A stretch of DNA of 63,364 nt from an uncultured Clostridia bacterium (GTDB taxonomy: Bacteria > Bacillota > Clostridia > Christensenellales > UBA1242), in the NCBI GenBank assembly GCA_944332185.1, contig CALVJJ010000001.1:66422-129785 (forward strand). The letters are read 5' to 3'. The notes below the pieces were generated by a model. The model made no database searches. It saw only the letters and a program-made list of their open reading frames with translations, and was not told the DNA's origin. Below, piece after piece: positions 49,248-59,409 of this stretch (the first letter of the stretch is position 1; each line of letters opens with the position of its first letter). Made by a program: the position numbers and the translations under genes.

Positions 49248-50600
49248 TTATTCTTCTTCCTCTTCTGTTAATACTGGTGCATCTCCATCTGCAAAAGTAC
49301 CAAACATTTCAAACACAGGACTAGATTTTTGCATATCCCAACGATTCAAATATTGATTTTCTTCACTACTTTCATTGGTATACGTACGGACAAAATAGAT
49401 ATTTCTTCCATCAATATCATATAACGTTGCATCATCTGGCATAGATACTTCACTATCTCCACAAATGGTTTTGTTGTTTAGTGTCAAAACATCAACACAA
49501 GACAATACTCCTTCTTTTACATAGTAGATAGTTGCACCTAACACATCAACAACGGTAGCGCCTGATAAGACACTAATTGTCTTTACATAACCATTGTTTG
49601 CAGCATACATTTCAAAGACACCATTGTTATTGAATACAACAGCATTCATATTCATATTGTCTAGAATATAAGTATCCGTTGCGTTTTGTAAAGAGAACAT
49701 AGATTCATCACTAATATTACTTACTTGATAACTTACCAATTTTGTCGTACCAAGTGTACTACTTGTGACATTGACATACACTTTGTCACTGACAATATCC
49801 ACCACACTATACGTATTGGTATCATTTTTAATCGTTTGTTCGTTCGTTGTACCCAAAGCACACCTAGCAAGAACATTCCCACTTTGACCTTGTTCATCTT
49901 CTTTTAAACTACGTGTATACCAAACATATCTTTCAGCATCTGTGGTTTGGTAATTACTAGCACTATAGGTATCATGATGTGCCATAGCAAAACTGGTAAC
50001 ACCAGTAGCAATGGTATTGGTTGTTGCTTTTTTACCATTAGCCACAACACTAACCAAACTATCTCCATTGTATACCACAAAATATACTGTTTGATCTACT
50101 TTGACCATTCCCCAATCGCCTTCTTCCATAGAGCCATTGGAAGTATAGAGTCTTTTTTCATCTGTTCCGTCTAATTTGACACGGTAAAAATCAATATAGT
50201 TTTTAAGGGTATTCCCTTCTTTGTCTTTTTCCATATTTGGTGTTGCATAATAGATATATCCATCAAATAGATAAATGCCACCCATTGCATACCCTACAAG
50301 TCTACTACTTACTTTTTCTGCATTAGTTAGATAGTTATTCTCATCAAGACTTGCATAATATTGATTATCTAATTTGGCACGATACAAAGCACCTTTTGTC
50401 ATATCTTTGCTTGCATTCTCATAGGTGTCATAGCCGTTGGCAAAATATACAAATTGTCCTTGTTGTACAACTAGTCCTCCATTGCCAATGACAGTATCAT
50501 TTCCATTAGGGTTTTCTTTAAATCCTTTTTGTCCACACCCTGTTAGTACAAGCGAACAAGCCATGAACACAAACACAAATAGTAACGCAATTCTTTTCAT
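49248..50600 (-). CDS. Lipoprotein, probable beta-propeller (DUF5050-like)
   Basis: Lipobox LTGC; NGGLVVQQGQFVYFANG, DGYIYYA, FYRVKLDGT repeats. Confidence 0.75.
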   Translation of the reverse strand: MKRIALLFVFVFMACSLVLTGCGQKGFKENPNGNDTVIGNGGLVVQQGQFVYFANGYDTYENASKDMTKGALYRAKLDNQYYASLDENNYLTNAEKVSSRLVGYAMGGIYLFDGYIYYATPNMEKDKEGNTLKNYIDFYRVKLDGTDEKRLYTSNGSMEEGDWGMVKVDQTVYFVVYNGDSLVSVVANGKKATTNTIATGVTSFAMAHHDTYSASNYQTTDAERYVWYTRSLKEDEQGQSGNVLARCALGTTNEQTIKNDTNTYSVVDIVSDKVYVNVTSSTLGTTKLVSYQVSNISDESMFSLQNATDTYILDNMNMNAVVFNNNGVFEMYAANNGYVKTISVLSGATVVDVLGATIYYVKEGVLSCVDVLTLNNKTICGDSEVSMPDDATLYDIDGRNIYFVRTYTNESSEENQYLNRWDMQKSSPVFEMFGTFADGDAPVLTEEEEE

Positions 50601-50728
50601 GTAAACCTCATTTTTATACTATGCCACAACTTTTTATAGCACTTTACAATTATTTCCCAACAGATAAGGAAACATACAGCACTATGCCTATTATGACATT
50701 TATAACAAATATGTTATACCAAAAAATA

Positions 50729-50761
50729 AAAAGATAGTCAAACACAAAAGACTATCTTTTT
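50729..50761 (-). terminator. Intrinsic terminator
   Basis: AAAAGATAGTC/GACTATCTTTT. Confidence 0.65.
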
Positions 50762-50777
50762 GTTAAATTTCCTCTTT

Positions 50778-51806
50778 TTAAGCTACATGATCCTCTATCA
50801 TACAATTATCACCCGTCAGTGCATCTTGATACATGACCCAATACCCTTGATCTTCCTCTCCATTACTTGTCAAAATAAATTGACTATATGCTCGAAATTC
50901 TTCTGGTGGCAACATATCTTTTTCTCCTTGCACCCCATAAGCAATATAACGTAACGTTTGATCTTGATATAATAGTCCTAGTACATATTGGCCACTGCCA
51001 TCTACCTGATCGACTAACACCCATTGAGAATGAGGCACAAGACTTTCAAGATTTCTTTCATGCTCATTGTGTGCAAAAAGATCTTCAATTTGATCTTTGA
51101 TCTGGTCATAAAAAGTATCTTGATCATGATCTAATTTTGCCATCTCTTGTGCAAACATATCCAATTTTCCCTCTTGACTCATAGCCTGATCAATGACTTG
51201 ATCCAATTCTTTTTCTTCTAATGGCTGAAAAAATGCTGTAGGATCTACTGTATCTTGAATATTGGTAACATCAGTCACGATCCTATCAACATCTTCTGGT
51301 GAATCTTGTCTCCCTTGAGATATGTGGTTATCAACGACACTTGCCTGAGAAAGGATAGAACTATCTTTACGGTGATCTTTTTTCTCTTGATCTACCGAAT
51401 TTTTGATCTCAACTACCCTATCTTCTACAGGTTGTTCCTTTTCTTTTTGTTGCATAGATTGTAGCAAATTCATTCTTGTATCATCTAATTTTTCCGTACT
51501 TCCCCAAACAATCGGTTTTTTATCTTCTTTCGTCACTAAAACACACGTGATTTTTTTTTGCAAATCCAAGTTGGCAACTGTGCGAATCACAGCCATACTT
51601 CCTCCTTGAAAGCATACCGGTACAATACACATCTGTTTGTCTTGACAAGCTATTCCCAAAAGATACTCTGCCTGTTTATCTTCAAAATAGTAAGATTTGA
51701 GTGTCCCTACCCATTCTTTTCCTTTCTTTTCCAACGTAAGTGTCAGCATAGACTTATGATCAAATTGATCGTTGGATAAAATCATTGTTTTTTTTGTCAT
51801 TCCCAT
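50778..51806 (-). CDS. Conserved Clostridial hypothetical protein (possibly sporulation-related)
   Basis: N-terminal beta domain, acidic linker, C-terminal YVLGLLY...YIAYGV.G...PP.E....GYWVMYQDA.TG. Confidence 0.7.
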   Translation of the reverse strand: MGMTKKTMILSNDQFDHKSMLTLTLEKKGKEWVGTLKSYYFEDKQAEYLLGIACQDKQMCIVPVCFQGGSMAVIRTVANLDLQKKITCVLVTKEDKKPIVWGSTEKLDDTRMNLLQSMQQKEKEQPVEDRVVEIKNSVDQEKKDHRKDSSILSQASVVDNHISQGRQDSPEDVDRIVTDVTNIQDTVDPTAFFQPLEEKELDQVIDQAMSQEGKLDMFAQEMAKLDHDQDTFYDQIKDQIEDLFAHNEHERNLESLVPHSQWVLVDQVDGSGQYVLGLLYQDQTLRYIAYGVQGEKDMLPPEEFRAYSQFILTSNGEEDQGYWVMYQDALTGDNCMIEDHVA

Positions 51807-51911
51807 ATTTTATACACCTACTTTTTCTTTACTTGTATTGTATATGAAAGCAGGAAAAAAAGTGTTATTTTGGCTTTGCTTTTTTTAGCAAAAAAAGTCG
51901 AAATAACACTT

Positions 51912-52772
51912 TTATTTTGTTTTATCGGATTTTACTTTATAGAATAGACAATGTTGACAAAGATCGTGTATTCTTTTCCCTTGCCAAAAAGATTGTTTGT
52001 ATGTTTGAGCAGTATCACTTTCTAAAATATTTTCTAAACTATCTTGTTTTAGATTGCCTAACACCATTTTCCCTTCGCTATCCAAACAACATGGCACAAC
52101 ACTTCCATCGACTAGAACAGCAATCTGTTTTGACAAAGCTGGACAATATCCTTGTATATGGGACACTTGTGATTGAATTGGCCACACAAAAGTGGTCCCA
52201 AACATAATATAAGCATTGTGATCCAACTTGATACTATTTTGATATTTGTTGTCCTTTATGATAGTGGGATAGATGGCTTCCTTACCGTATTGTTGTAGTA
52301 AAAATTGGACCTGCTCTTTTGCAAGCATAGAATGATCCCAATTCCAGAATCGATATTCCACAATAATAGAGGAAGGCAACCTATGGACAGCTGTTACGAT
52401 ATTTTCTAAATAGGTTTTCCAGTTGGTTTCTCCATTTTCTTCTAAAGATTGTACAGAGATGGTAATCTTTCTTAAAGCATTGGTTTTTGACAATATGTCT
52501 ATAGTATTAGACAATTTTGTACCGTTAGTTGTTAAGTTTACTTGCAAATGTATTTTTTCACACACTGCTAGGATTTGATCTAAATGTGGGTGCAGTAAAG
52601 GTTCTCCCATGACATGTAAATAAATATGATCACAGACTTTCTTGACTTGTTTTGCAATATTTTCAAAAAAATCCACAGCCATCACTTCTTTCTTTCGATG
52701 ATTTTTTGGACAAAATGCACACTGTAAGTTACACACATTCGTAATCTCAATATAGACTCGTTGGAATTTCAT
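51912..52772 (-). CDS. Radical SAM protein with SPASM/twitch domain
   Basis: CNLQCAFC, MGEPLLHP, LTTNG, C...DGSVVPCC...LGN...C..C; start ATG 52772 in TAATG overlap. Confidence 0.92.
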   Translation of the reverse strand: MKFQRVYIEITNVCNLQCAFCPKNHRKKEVMAVDFFENIAKQVKKVCDHIYLHVMGEPLLHPHLDQILAVCEKIHLQVNLTTNGTKLSNTIDILSKTNALRKITISVQSLEENGETNWKTYLENIVTAVHRLPSSIIVEYRFWNWDHSMLAKEQVQFLLQQYGKEAIYPTIIKDNKYQNSIKLDHNAYIMFGTTFVWPIQSQVSHIQGYCPALSKQIAVLVDGSVVPCCLDSEGKMVLGNLKQDSLENILESDTAQTYKQSFWQGKRIHDLCQHCLFYKVKSDKTK

Positions 52773-52933
52773 TACCAATCTACAACATCATGCGTATGAC
52801 TTTTGATATCATCATAATACGCAAAATACTTTTGTTTTTCTTTTTGTGTGTTCTTAATTGCTTGTTCTTTCTTTATTTGTGCATACGTTTTCTTTTTCTT
52901 ATTAGGATTGGCTAATTTAGTTTGTTGTTCCAT
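52772..52933 (-). CDS. Small 53-aa protein missed by ORF track
   Basis: MEQQTKLANPNKKKKTYAQIKKEQAIKNTQKEKQKYFAYYDDIKSHTHDVVDW; GAAGGA RBS within rlmD end; stop overlaps radical SAM start; exactly fills the gap. Confidence 0.75.
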   Translation of the reverse strand: MEQQTKLANPNKKKKTYAQIKKEQAIKNTQKEKQKYFAYYDDIKSHTHDVVDW

Positions 52934-54257
52934 AATCTTTTTCCTTCATGATTGCCAGTGTTTCTACGTGCTTTGTCTGTGGAAACATATCAAATGGTAT
53001 GATTTTTTCAATATGATACTCTAATGACAGTTGTCCCAAATCTCTTGCTAACGTACTAGGATTACAGGAAATATAGACAATAGTGCGTGGTTTTGCTTGT
53101 TTTAAAGCTTTGATAATACGTGGATCACACCCTTTTCTTGGTGGATCTAATACAACAGCACCTGTTTTTCCTTGCAATAACTCTGGTAAAATATCTGCAC
53201 AATCTCCACATATATTTTTTACATGTTCTAATCCATGTTTTTTTGCTAATTGATTAGCACTTTCTACTGCTTCTGGGACTATTTCTACCCCAATGACTTC
53301 TGTGGATACTTTTCCCAACATTGCTGTTAGCAATCCAGCTCCACTATAAGCATCGATCACAAAATCTTCTTTCTTAATATACTCCAATACTTTTTGGTAG
53401 ATGGCTTTTTTGATATCTTCATTTACTTGAAAAAAGCAAGCATTATCAATCGTATATTGTATGCCAAATTCTTCTACCTTAAGATATTGTGGCCCCATGA
53501 TTGGAATATATGTTTTTCCTAAAATAACATTAGAATTTTGTTGATTGATATTGTAATTTAATCCAAAGGAAGAAAATTTCTTTTGTAATAGTTCAATGAG
53601 TAGATGTTGATCAGGAAGAGTCTTTCCATTGATCACAAGGGTAATGAGTAATTGATCTCCTACAGATCTAGCTACTACATGGCGAAGCAATCCTTTTCCT
53701 GTTTTTTCATCATAGACACTAACTTGGCTATGTTGTAGATAGTTGTTGATGACTTCGATTAAGTCTGTACTCCATGGTTGTGCTATTTTACAAGAATCCA
53801 CATCAATCATGGTGTGACTATTACTTTTAAAAAAAGATACTTTTCGTGTCACAGGATTGATAGGTAAAGCAACTTTATTACGATATGCCCAAGGCAACGG
53901 ACTTGCTACACAAGGATCAACTACAGCATCAATTTTACCTACATGTTTTAAGGTATCTTCTACCATTTGTTGTTTGATGCGTAGTTGTTTTTCATATTGA
54001 ATATGTTGCAGATCGCAACCACCACATTGTTTAAAATATGGGCATAATGGTATTTGTCTATCTGGACTTTCTTGTATAATCTCTATGATTTTGCCAATTT
54101 TTATATTCTTTTTGACAAAAATAATATGTATTTTGACCGTTTCTCCAGTGATAGCAAAAGGGACGAAGATCACTTCCCCGTCTACTTTCGCTACCCCCGA
54201 ACCATTACAATCTTGACTCATGATGGTGACAATGAGTTCATCGTTTTTTGCAATCAT
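52917..54257 (-). CDS. rlmD: 23S rRNA (uracil-C5)-methyltransferase
   Basis: TRAM domain, C..F..CGGC cluster, FFQVN, DAYSGAG, LDPPRKG, YISCNPSTLARD, DMFPQTKHVE. Confidence 0.95.
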   Translation of the reverse strand: MIAKNDELIVTIMSQDCNGSGVAKVDGEVIFVPFAITGETVKIHIIFVKKNIKIGKIIEIIQESPDRQIPLCPYFKQCGGCDLQHIQYEKQLRIKQQMVEDTLKHVGKIDAVVDPCVASPLPWAYRNKVALPINPVTRKVSFFKSNSHTMIDVDSCKIAQPWSTDLIEVINNYLQHSQVSVYDEKTGKGLLRHVVARSVGDQLLITLVINGKTLPDQHLLIELLQKKFSSFGLNYNINQQNSNVILGKTYIPIMGPQYLKVEEFGIQYTIDNACFFQVNEDIKKAIYQKVLEYIKKEDFVIDAYSGAGLLTAMLGKVSTEVIGVEIVPEAVESANQLAKKHGLEHVKNICGDCADILPELLQGKTGAVVLDPPRKGCDPRIIKALKQAKPRTIVYISCNPSTLARDLGQLSLEYHIEKIIPFDMFPQTKHVETLAIMKEKDYGTTN

Positions 54258-54258
54258 T

Positions 54259-54681
54259 TTAAAACTTTTTCAAAACTGCTTGGACAAGTTTCATATCACA
54301 AACAGCACCATAATTGGCTTTAAAATATTTCATCACTGTTGGAATAGATTTATCTTCCATTTTTTCAATAATTGCATAAATTTCAGCTTCACTCATCATT
54401 TGAGGCAAATATTTTGTCAAAGCATTCTTTTGCTTTTCAATATTTTCTACTTCTTGGCTATGTCCAGCTTTTTGATAATTGGCTTTTTCTTCTTCTAGTT
54501 CTTTAATTGTCTTTTGAATGATTCTAATCATCACTTCATCGTTTACTTCTTTCCCACTGGTACGAGATTCTACCGTTGCCTGCATATGTTTGTTCATCAG
54601 TACTGAATAGATAGCTCTTAAATTACTATCATGATTCTTCATCGCTTCCATATTTGCTTTTTTGATTTCGTCTATAATCAT
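54259..54681 (-). CDS. GatB/YqeY domain protein
   Basis: AMK......R, KYLPQMMSEAEI, VMK.......DMKLV pattern. Confidence 0.85.
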   Translation of the reverse strand: MIIDEIKKANMEAMKNHDSNLRAIYSVLMNKHMQATVESRTSGKEVNDEVMIRIIQKTIKELEEEKANYQKAGHSQEVENIEKQKNALTKYLPQMMSEAEIYAIIEKMEDKSIPTVMKYFKANYGAVCDMKLVQAVLKKF

Positions 54682-54694
54682 TGTTTTTCTCCTT

Positions 54695-55369
54695 TTACTT
54701 TTGTAACTGTCCTATGATATATGTCAGTAATTCACTTTGTATATCTTCAATACTACGAATGGCGTTATGTTTTACACACATAATAATATGATATTTTTCT
54801 CTTTTTGCTACTTCCAAATAGCTTCTTTCTGCATTCTCAAGATATGTGATATCTTTTTCTACTTCATCTAATTTTTCTTTTCGATTCACACGCAAAGCTT
54901 CTGCATTTTTTGTTGGCATATATAATAGAACTTTTATATCTGCTCTTGGTAATTGTAGCATACCATATTCTAATTTGTCAAACCAGTCATACATAGCATG
55001 ACGTTTTTTCTTATCGAGTACTTTTCCTCCTTGATGTGCCATATTGCTATCTACATAGCGATCTAGGACTACATGGGAAACTTCTAGTTGTTCTTGTACT
55101 TTCTTTTGATTGTACGCTCTATCAGCAGCATAATAAAGTCCCATAACTTTTGGATCTAATTCACTTACATGATCAAAGTAAGACTGTCCATATTGTTCTT
55201 TTCCTAGAATTGGTCCAGCAATAATTCTCCCTGTTGGACTATCATAATTGGGATATGCCATGCGCACACTTTTGATCCCTTTTTCTGCTAAATTTTTGAC
55301 AAGTAATTCGCTTTGTGTTTGTTTTCCACTGCAATCTGTTCCTTCTATGACAATCAGTTTGTTTTTCAT
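54695..55369 (-). CDS. tmk: Thymidylate kinase
   Basis: IVIEGTDCSGKQTQ, YAADR, VLDRYVDSNMAHQG. Confidence 0.93.
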   Translation of the reverse strand: MKNKLIVIEGTDCSGKQTQSELLVKNLAEKGIKSVRMAYPNYDSPTGRIIAGPILGKEQYGQSYFDHVSELDPKVMGLYYAADRAYNQKKVQEQLEVSHVVLDRYVDSNMAHQGGKVLDKKKRHAMYDWFDKLEYGMLQLPRADIKVLLYMPTKNAEALRVNRKEKLDEVEKDITYLENAERSYLEVAKREKYHIIMCVKHNAIRSIEDIQSELLTYIIGQLQK

Positions 55370-55390
55370 TTGTACTTTACTCCTCCCTTT

Positions 55391-57172
55391 TTATGCTTGA
55401 TAACTTTCTTTTAAAATCATGAAATATTTTTCCATTTCTTCTTTGACAACTTGATAAGGGTGATCTGTCGTAAGATCCACACCTGCTTGTTTTAAAAGTT
55501 CTACTGGCCAATCACTGCCACCTGATCTTAAAAGATTCAAATATTTATCTACGCCACCTTTTTCTTCGGTAATCATTTTCACAAGATTGATAGCTGTCAC
55601 AATACCTGTCGCATATTTATAAACATAGTAAGAAGAATAAAAATGTGGAATACGCAACCATTCATACTGAATATAAGGATTGTCTTTGACTGCTTTTCCA
55701 AAATACGTTTGGTTCAGTTCTTGATATTTTTTAAGCAAAATATCTTTGCTAATGGCTTGCCCTTGCTCTACTAATGTATGAGCATAATTTTCAAATTCAG
55801 AAAACATGGTTTGTCTAAATAGTGTAGATTTTAGACTTTGTAAAAATTCATTGGCATAATACGCTTTTTCTTGTTTTGTTTTTGCGTGTTTAATCAGATA
55901 CTGATTGAGAAGCATTTCATTGACTGTACTAGCTACTTCAGCAATAAAAATACTGTATCCAGCTTTTTGGTAAGGTTGTGTTTGGTTAGCAAGATAGGAA
56001 TGCATTGCATGTCCCATTTCATGAACGAAAGTACTAGTATAACTTTTCCTACCATCAAAATTAAGTAAAATATATGGGTGGACATTGTAGGCATCAGTCT
56101 GGTAAGCACCGGTTACTTTATTCTCATTAGGCATCACATCAATCCATTGATCTCGTACAGCGTTTTGCACAACACGACTATACTCTTTGCCTAACACTTG
56201 TAAGGCATCGACACCTAAAGCAACCATATCTTCATAACTGATCTTACTGTCCATACTTTTTACCGGGCTTACATACACATCATAATAGGTATAATTTTTC
56301 AATCCCAAGCATTTTTTTACAAAAGCATAATATTCATGCAAAATTGGTAACATGGTTTGTGTATTTTTTAACAACGTATAATAGACAGATTCTGGAATAT
56401 TATTACTATAAAGACTTGCTTGTAGACAACTTTTGAATTTTCTTGTTTTATCAAAATACCAATCCACATACACATTTTGAATATAATTGGTTGCAATGGT
56501 GTTGCTAAATTGTTGATAAGTCTTATACATACTTTCAAAAGTATTTTTACGTAAGACTCTATCTTTGTTTTCCATGAGCATTGCATAACTACTATGTGTG
56601 ACTTCGTGTGCTTTTCCTTTGCTATCAAGAGCCGGCGCAAACTTTAAATCCGAACTATCTAAACTATCAAACACTTGAGAAAATCCACCAGCAAAACTTC
56701 CTACCCCTGCTAATAGTTTTTCTTCTTTTTCACTAAGAAGCAAATGTTTGTTTCTTTTAATTTGCTCGATCATCATAGAATATTTTGCCATAGTAGGATC
56801 TTGTAAGAATGCATCTAATACACTGTCTTTGATCTTACTTTGCTCTACTTCTACAAAAACCGTTTCTTCTTGAAATTGTACTAAAAAAGTAGAAAACACA
56901 TCTTGCATTTCTTTGTATTTTGCCACAACTGTATCTTGATCATGACATCTTCCCAAATACAAAGATAATTTTTCTATTACCAAATCAAATTCTTCTTCTA
57001 ATTCAAAAAATTCTTTTAAGCAAGATCCTTTTTCTAACTTTCCTTGGTAAGCTTGGAATTTTGGCAAATAGGTCTTTGCTTGTTCAAAATCTTTCCACCA
57101 AGCATCATCATTTGCATAGATATCTGACACTTTCCATTTGTATTGATTCTCAATTTGGCTTCGTTTTTTCAT
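55391..57172 (-). CDS. pepF: Oligoendopeptidase F (M3B)
   Basis: HEMGHAMHS, IFIAEVASTVNE, RQTMFSEFE, W.RIPHFY..YYVYKYATG. Confidence 0.96.
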   Translation of the reverse strand: MKKRSQIENQYKWKVSDIYANDDAWWKDFEQAKTYLPKFQAYQGKLEKGSCLKEFFELEEEFDLVIEKLSLYLGRCHDQDTVVAKYKEMQDVFSTFLVQFQEETVFVEVEQSKIKDSVLDAFLQDPTMAKYSMMIEQIKRNKHLLLSEKEEKLLAGVGSFAGGFSQVFDSLDSSDLKFAPALDSKGKAHEVTHSSYAMLMENKDRVLRKNTFESMYKTYQQFSNTIATNYIQNVYVDWYFDKTRKFKSCLQASLYSNNIPESVYYTLLKNTQTMLPILHEYYAFVKKCLGLKNYTYYDVYVSPVKSMDSKISYEDMVALGVDALQVLGKEYSRVVQNAVRDQWIDVMPNENKVTGAYQTDAYNVHPYILLNFDGRKSYTSTFVHEMGHAMHSYLANQTQPYQKAGYSIFIAEVASTVNEMLLNQYLIKHAKTKQEKAYYANEFLQSLKSTLFRQTMFSEFENYAHTLVEQGQAISKDILLKKYQELNQTYFGKAVKDNPYIQYEWLRIPHFYSSYYVYKYATGIVTAINLVKMITEEKGGVDKYLNLLRSGGSDWPVELLKQAGVDLTTDHPYQVVKEEMEKYFMILKESYQA

Positions 57173-57334
57173 GATTACTCCTTATTGGTATTATTGTACA
57201 CCATTTACCTATTTTTTTAAAACAAAAATAGAATAAAAGTTATACTTTTTTCTCTCTTATTTTGTCAAAATATTGTCAAAACTTGAATGGTTTTTCCTCC
57301 TAAAAAGTCTAAAAAAAGAGAGAATATTCTCCCT

Positions 57335-58168
57335 TTATTTTTTATAGTTTTTCACAATTTTGCACCATTCATCGTTTTCTTCTTTAGATAGTGGTGTTAC
57401 ACTAACACAATGATCAACATATTTTGCCACAGGGACACCACATTTTAGACTTGCTAGATAAGTATGTCTTCCTTTGACAATATATAGTTTTCCGTCTTGC
57501 TCTGCAATCCATATTGGTTTTACTTTTTTACCTTTTACCAATTTTGATTCTATTTTTTCTACTTTACTATGTTTGATAGTTTGGCAAGACTGTATTGGAT
57601 ACAATGGTTTTTCTTTTTTCTCTTCCTTAATAATGGTACGCATGACTTCTACTGTGCGATCCATATTTTGATTGCGAATGACATAGTCATATCTATAAGC
57701 CTCTTTTTGTTCTTTCCCATAGACTTTGAGTCGTTGTTTTATGTTCTTTTCTCCACGTTGCACCAAGCGTTGTTTTAGTACTTTTTTACTTTCTGTCAAG
57801 AAAATAGTCATAATAGGATATTTGTCTCCGATGACTTCTTTGGCTTTGTCTACACCTGCAATCGTTAAGTCTTTCATAACCACATCAAATGTTTTAAAAT
57901 CTTCATCAATGGTAGTCAAAGCATGCCCCATATAATTACCATGAATGATATCATATTCTAAAATTTGATGATTCTCATGTAGTTGTTCAAATTCTTCTTT
58001 GGTTACAAAATGATATTGCACACCATTGGTTTCAAATGGTCTTTTCTCTCGAGTAGTATAGCTGACAATAAACTTAATACTTTTTTCTTTGGCTGTAAGT
58101 TGTGTAATAATGGTATTTTTCCCCACACCACTCGAACCAGAGATATAAACAATCATTTTTTTATTCAT
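57335..58168 (-). CDS. gmk: Guanylate kinase with C-terminal ParB/Srx-like extension
   Basis: ISGSSGVGKNT, SYTTREKRPFE.NG..YHF, HGNYMG; tail VKPIWIAEQDGKLYIVKGRHTYLA. Confidence 0.85.
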   Translation of the reverse strand: MNKKMIVYISGSSGVGKNTIITQLTAKEKSIKFIVSYTTREKRPFETNGVQYHFVTKEEFEQLHENHQILEYDIIHGNYMGHALTTIDEDFKTFDVVMKDLTIAGVDKAKEVIGDKYPIMTIFLTESKKVLKQRLVQRGEKNIKQRLKVYGKEQKEAYRYDYVIRNQNMDRTVEVMRTIIKEEKKEKPLYPIQSCQTIKHSKVEKIESKLVKGKKVKPIWIAEQDGKLYIVKGRHTYLASLKCGVPVAKYVDHCVSVTPLSKEENDEWCKIVKNYKK

Positions 58169-58251
58169 ATAGTTTCCTTTTTCTTGGTTGTTGCTAGTAT
58201 TATACGAAAAATTACTATAGCTTGCAACTTTTTTTTAGCTTTTTTAAAAAA

Positions 58252-59049
58252 TTATGATGTAGTTTGGTTGCCTATCTCTTTTTCAAATTGTGTCTGATGG
58301 TCTACTCTATATTTTGCATACATACTTGCAAAAGCTCTTTTAGATTCTTTTGTCATGGTCTTATGATGTTCTTCCCAAGAAGTACGAAACTGTTCTACTC
58401 TATTTTCTTTGTCTTCTATTTGCTCTGGAGTAAGCGATATGGTTGTATTTTCATGCAACTGATTGATCTTGTCGATCAAGTCTTCATTGGATAATTTTTT
58501 TAATTGTTCAAAACTTGTTTGACTATCTTGTCTTAAGATAGATTGTATCAAATAGTATTTGTCCATATTGCTGATCTTATGTTCTTTTGCCTGACTTATG
58601 AGTACCTGATCTTTTTCGTTTTCCACAATCACACCCAGAATTTCATGATCTAACAAATAGTTTTGTATGGTTTGATACACGCGAACTTCTCTTCTATGGG
58701 TAAGCCCTGCCACCACTGTCATTTTAATCGCATTGGTATTATTCTCTGGTGTGGCATCTATGGATAGATATCCCATTTTTGTGGCAAGATCCATGACTTT
58801 TCCCACACCTTCTTCAATCGTCAATCCAGAAAATGATTCTCCCCATAACAATTCTTTACCTTCTTCGTTATGAGAGTATGCACTTTTTATTTTTCCTTTT
58901 TCAATGATAAACTCTACTTGAGGATTGATATCTAGCGCAACATAATCATAATTGCCATTACGAAATCCAGAATAATTGACTCCTACTGCCACCCCTACAG
59001 CTAATAACAATACCATTCCAATAACAATCCAACTACTATACTTTTTCAT
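58252..59049 (-). CDS. RsgI-like extracytoplasmic domain protein
   Basis: TM helix then YVALDINPQVEF...V/I.....NEEG..LL....A..MGYL pattern of RsgI anti-sigma ectodomains. Confidence 0.75.
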   Translation of the reverse strand: MKKYSSWIVIGMVLLLAVGVAVGVNYSGFRNGNYDYVALDINPQVEFIIEKGKIKSAYSHNEEGKELLWGESFSGLTIEEGVGKVMDLATKMGYLSIDATPENNTNAIKMTVVAGLTHRREVRVYQTIQNYLLDHEILGVIVENEKDQVLISQAKEHKISNMDKYYLIQSILRQDSQTSFEQLKKLSNEDLIDKINQLHENTTISLTPEQIEDKENRVEQFRTSWEEHHKTMTKESKRAFASMYAKYRVDHQTQFEKEIGNQTTS

Positions 59050-59124
59050 ACATTTCCTCTTGTACTAGTTTTTGAATAAAAAGATAATTTATACAAAAAA
59101 ACTTGATGCAATAGGTTTTGCAAT

Positions 59125-59159
59125 AAAAAAACTGTACAACTATGTACAGTTCTTGTTTT
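59125..59159 (-). terminator. Intrinsic terminator after cysS operon
   Basis: AACTGTACA/TGTACAGTT stem with U-tract on minus strand. Confidence 0.7.
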
Positions 59160-59190
59160 ATGAGTAATGTGTCTATATTTTATACTTTCT

Positions 59191-59409
59191 TTATTTCTTT
59201 GGTTCTTCCGATATGCCTACTAAAAAGTAAATAACCAATCCAAATCCCAACAAGATCTTTGGTAATTGAAGTAGTAAAAAACTCATAAATGAGTTATCTA
59301 ATGCCATCACACCTTGTTCGCCTTGGTATTTTAGCATAATAAATACTTGACTCAATAAATAAATCATTGTTGTGACTAATGCTAGCAAACTAGCTCCTTT
59401 TTTTGTCAT
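59191..59409 (-). CDS. Small two-TM membrane protein
   Basis: 72 aa, AGGAG RBS, overlaps cysS end. Confidence 0.7.
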   Translation of the reverse strand: MTKKGASLLALVTTMIYLLSQVFIMLKYQGEQGVMALDNSFMSFLLLQLPKILLGFGLVIYFLVGISEEPKK

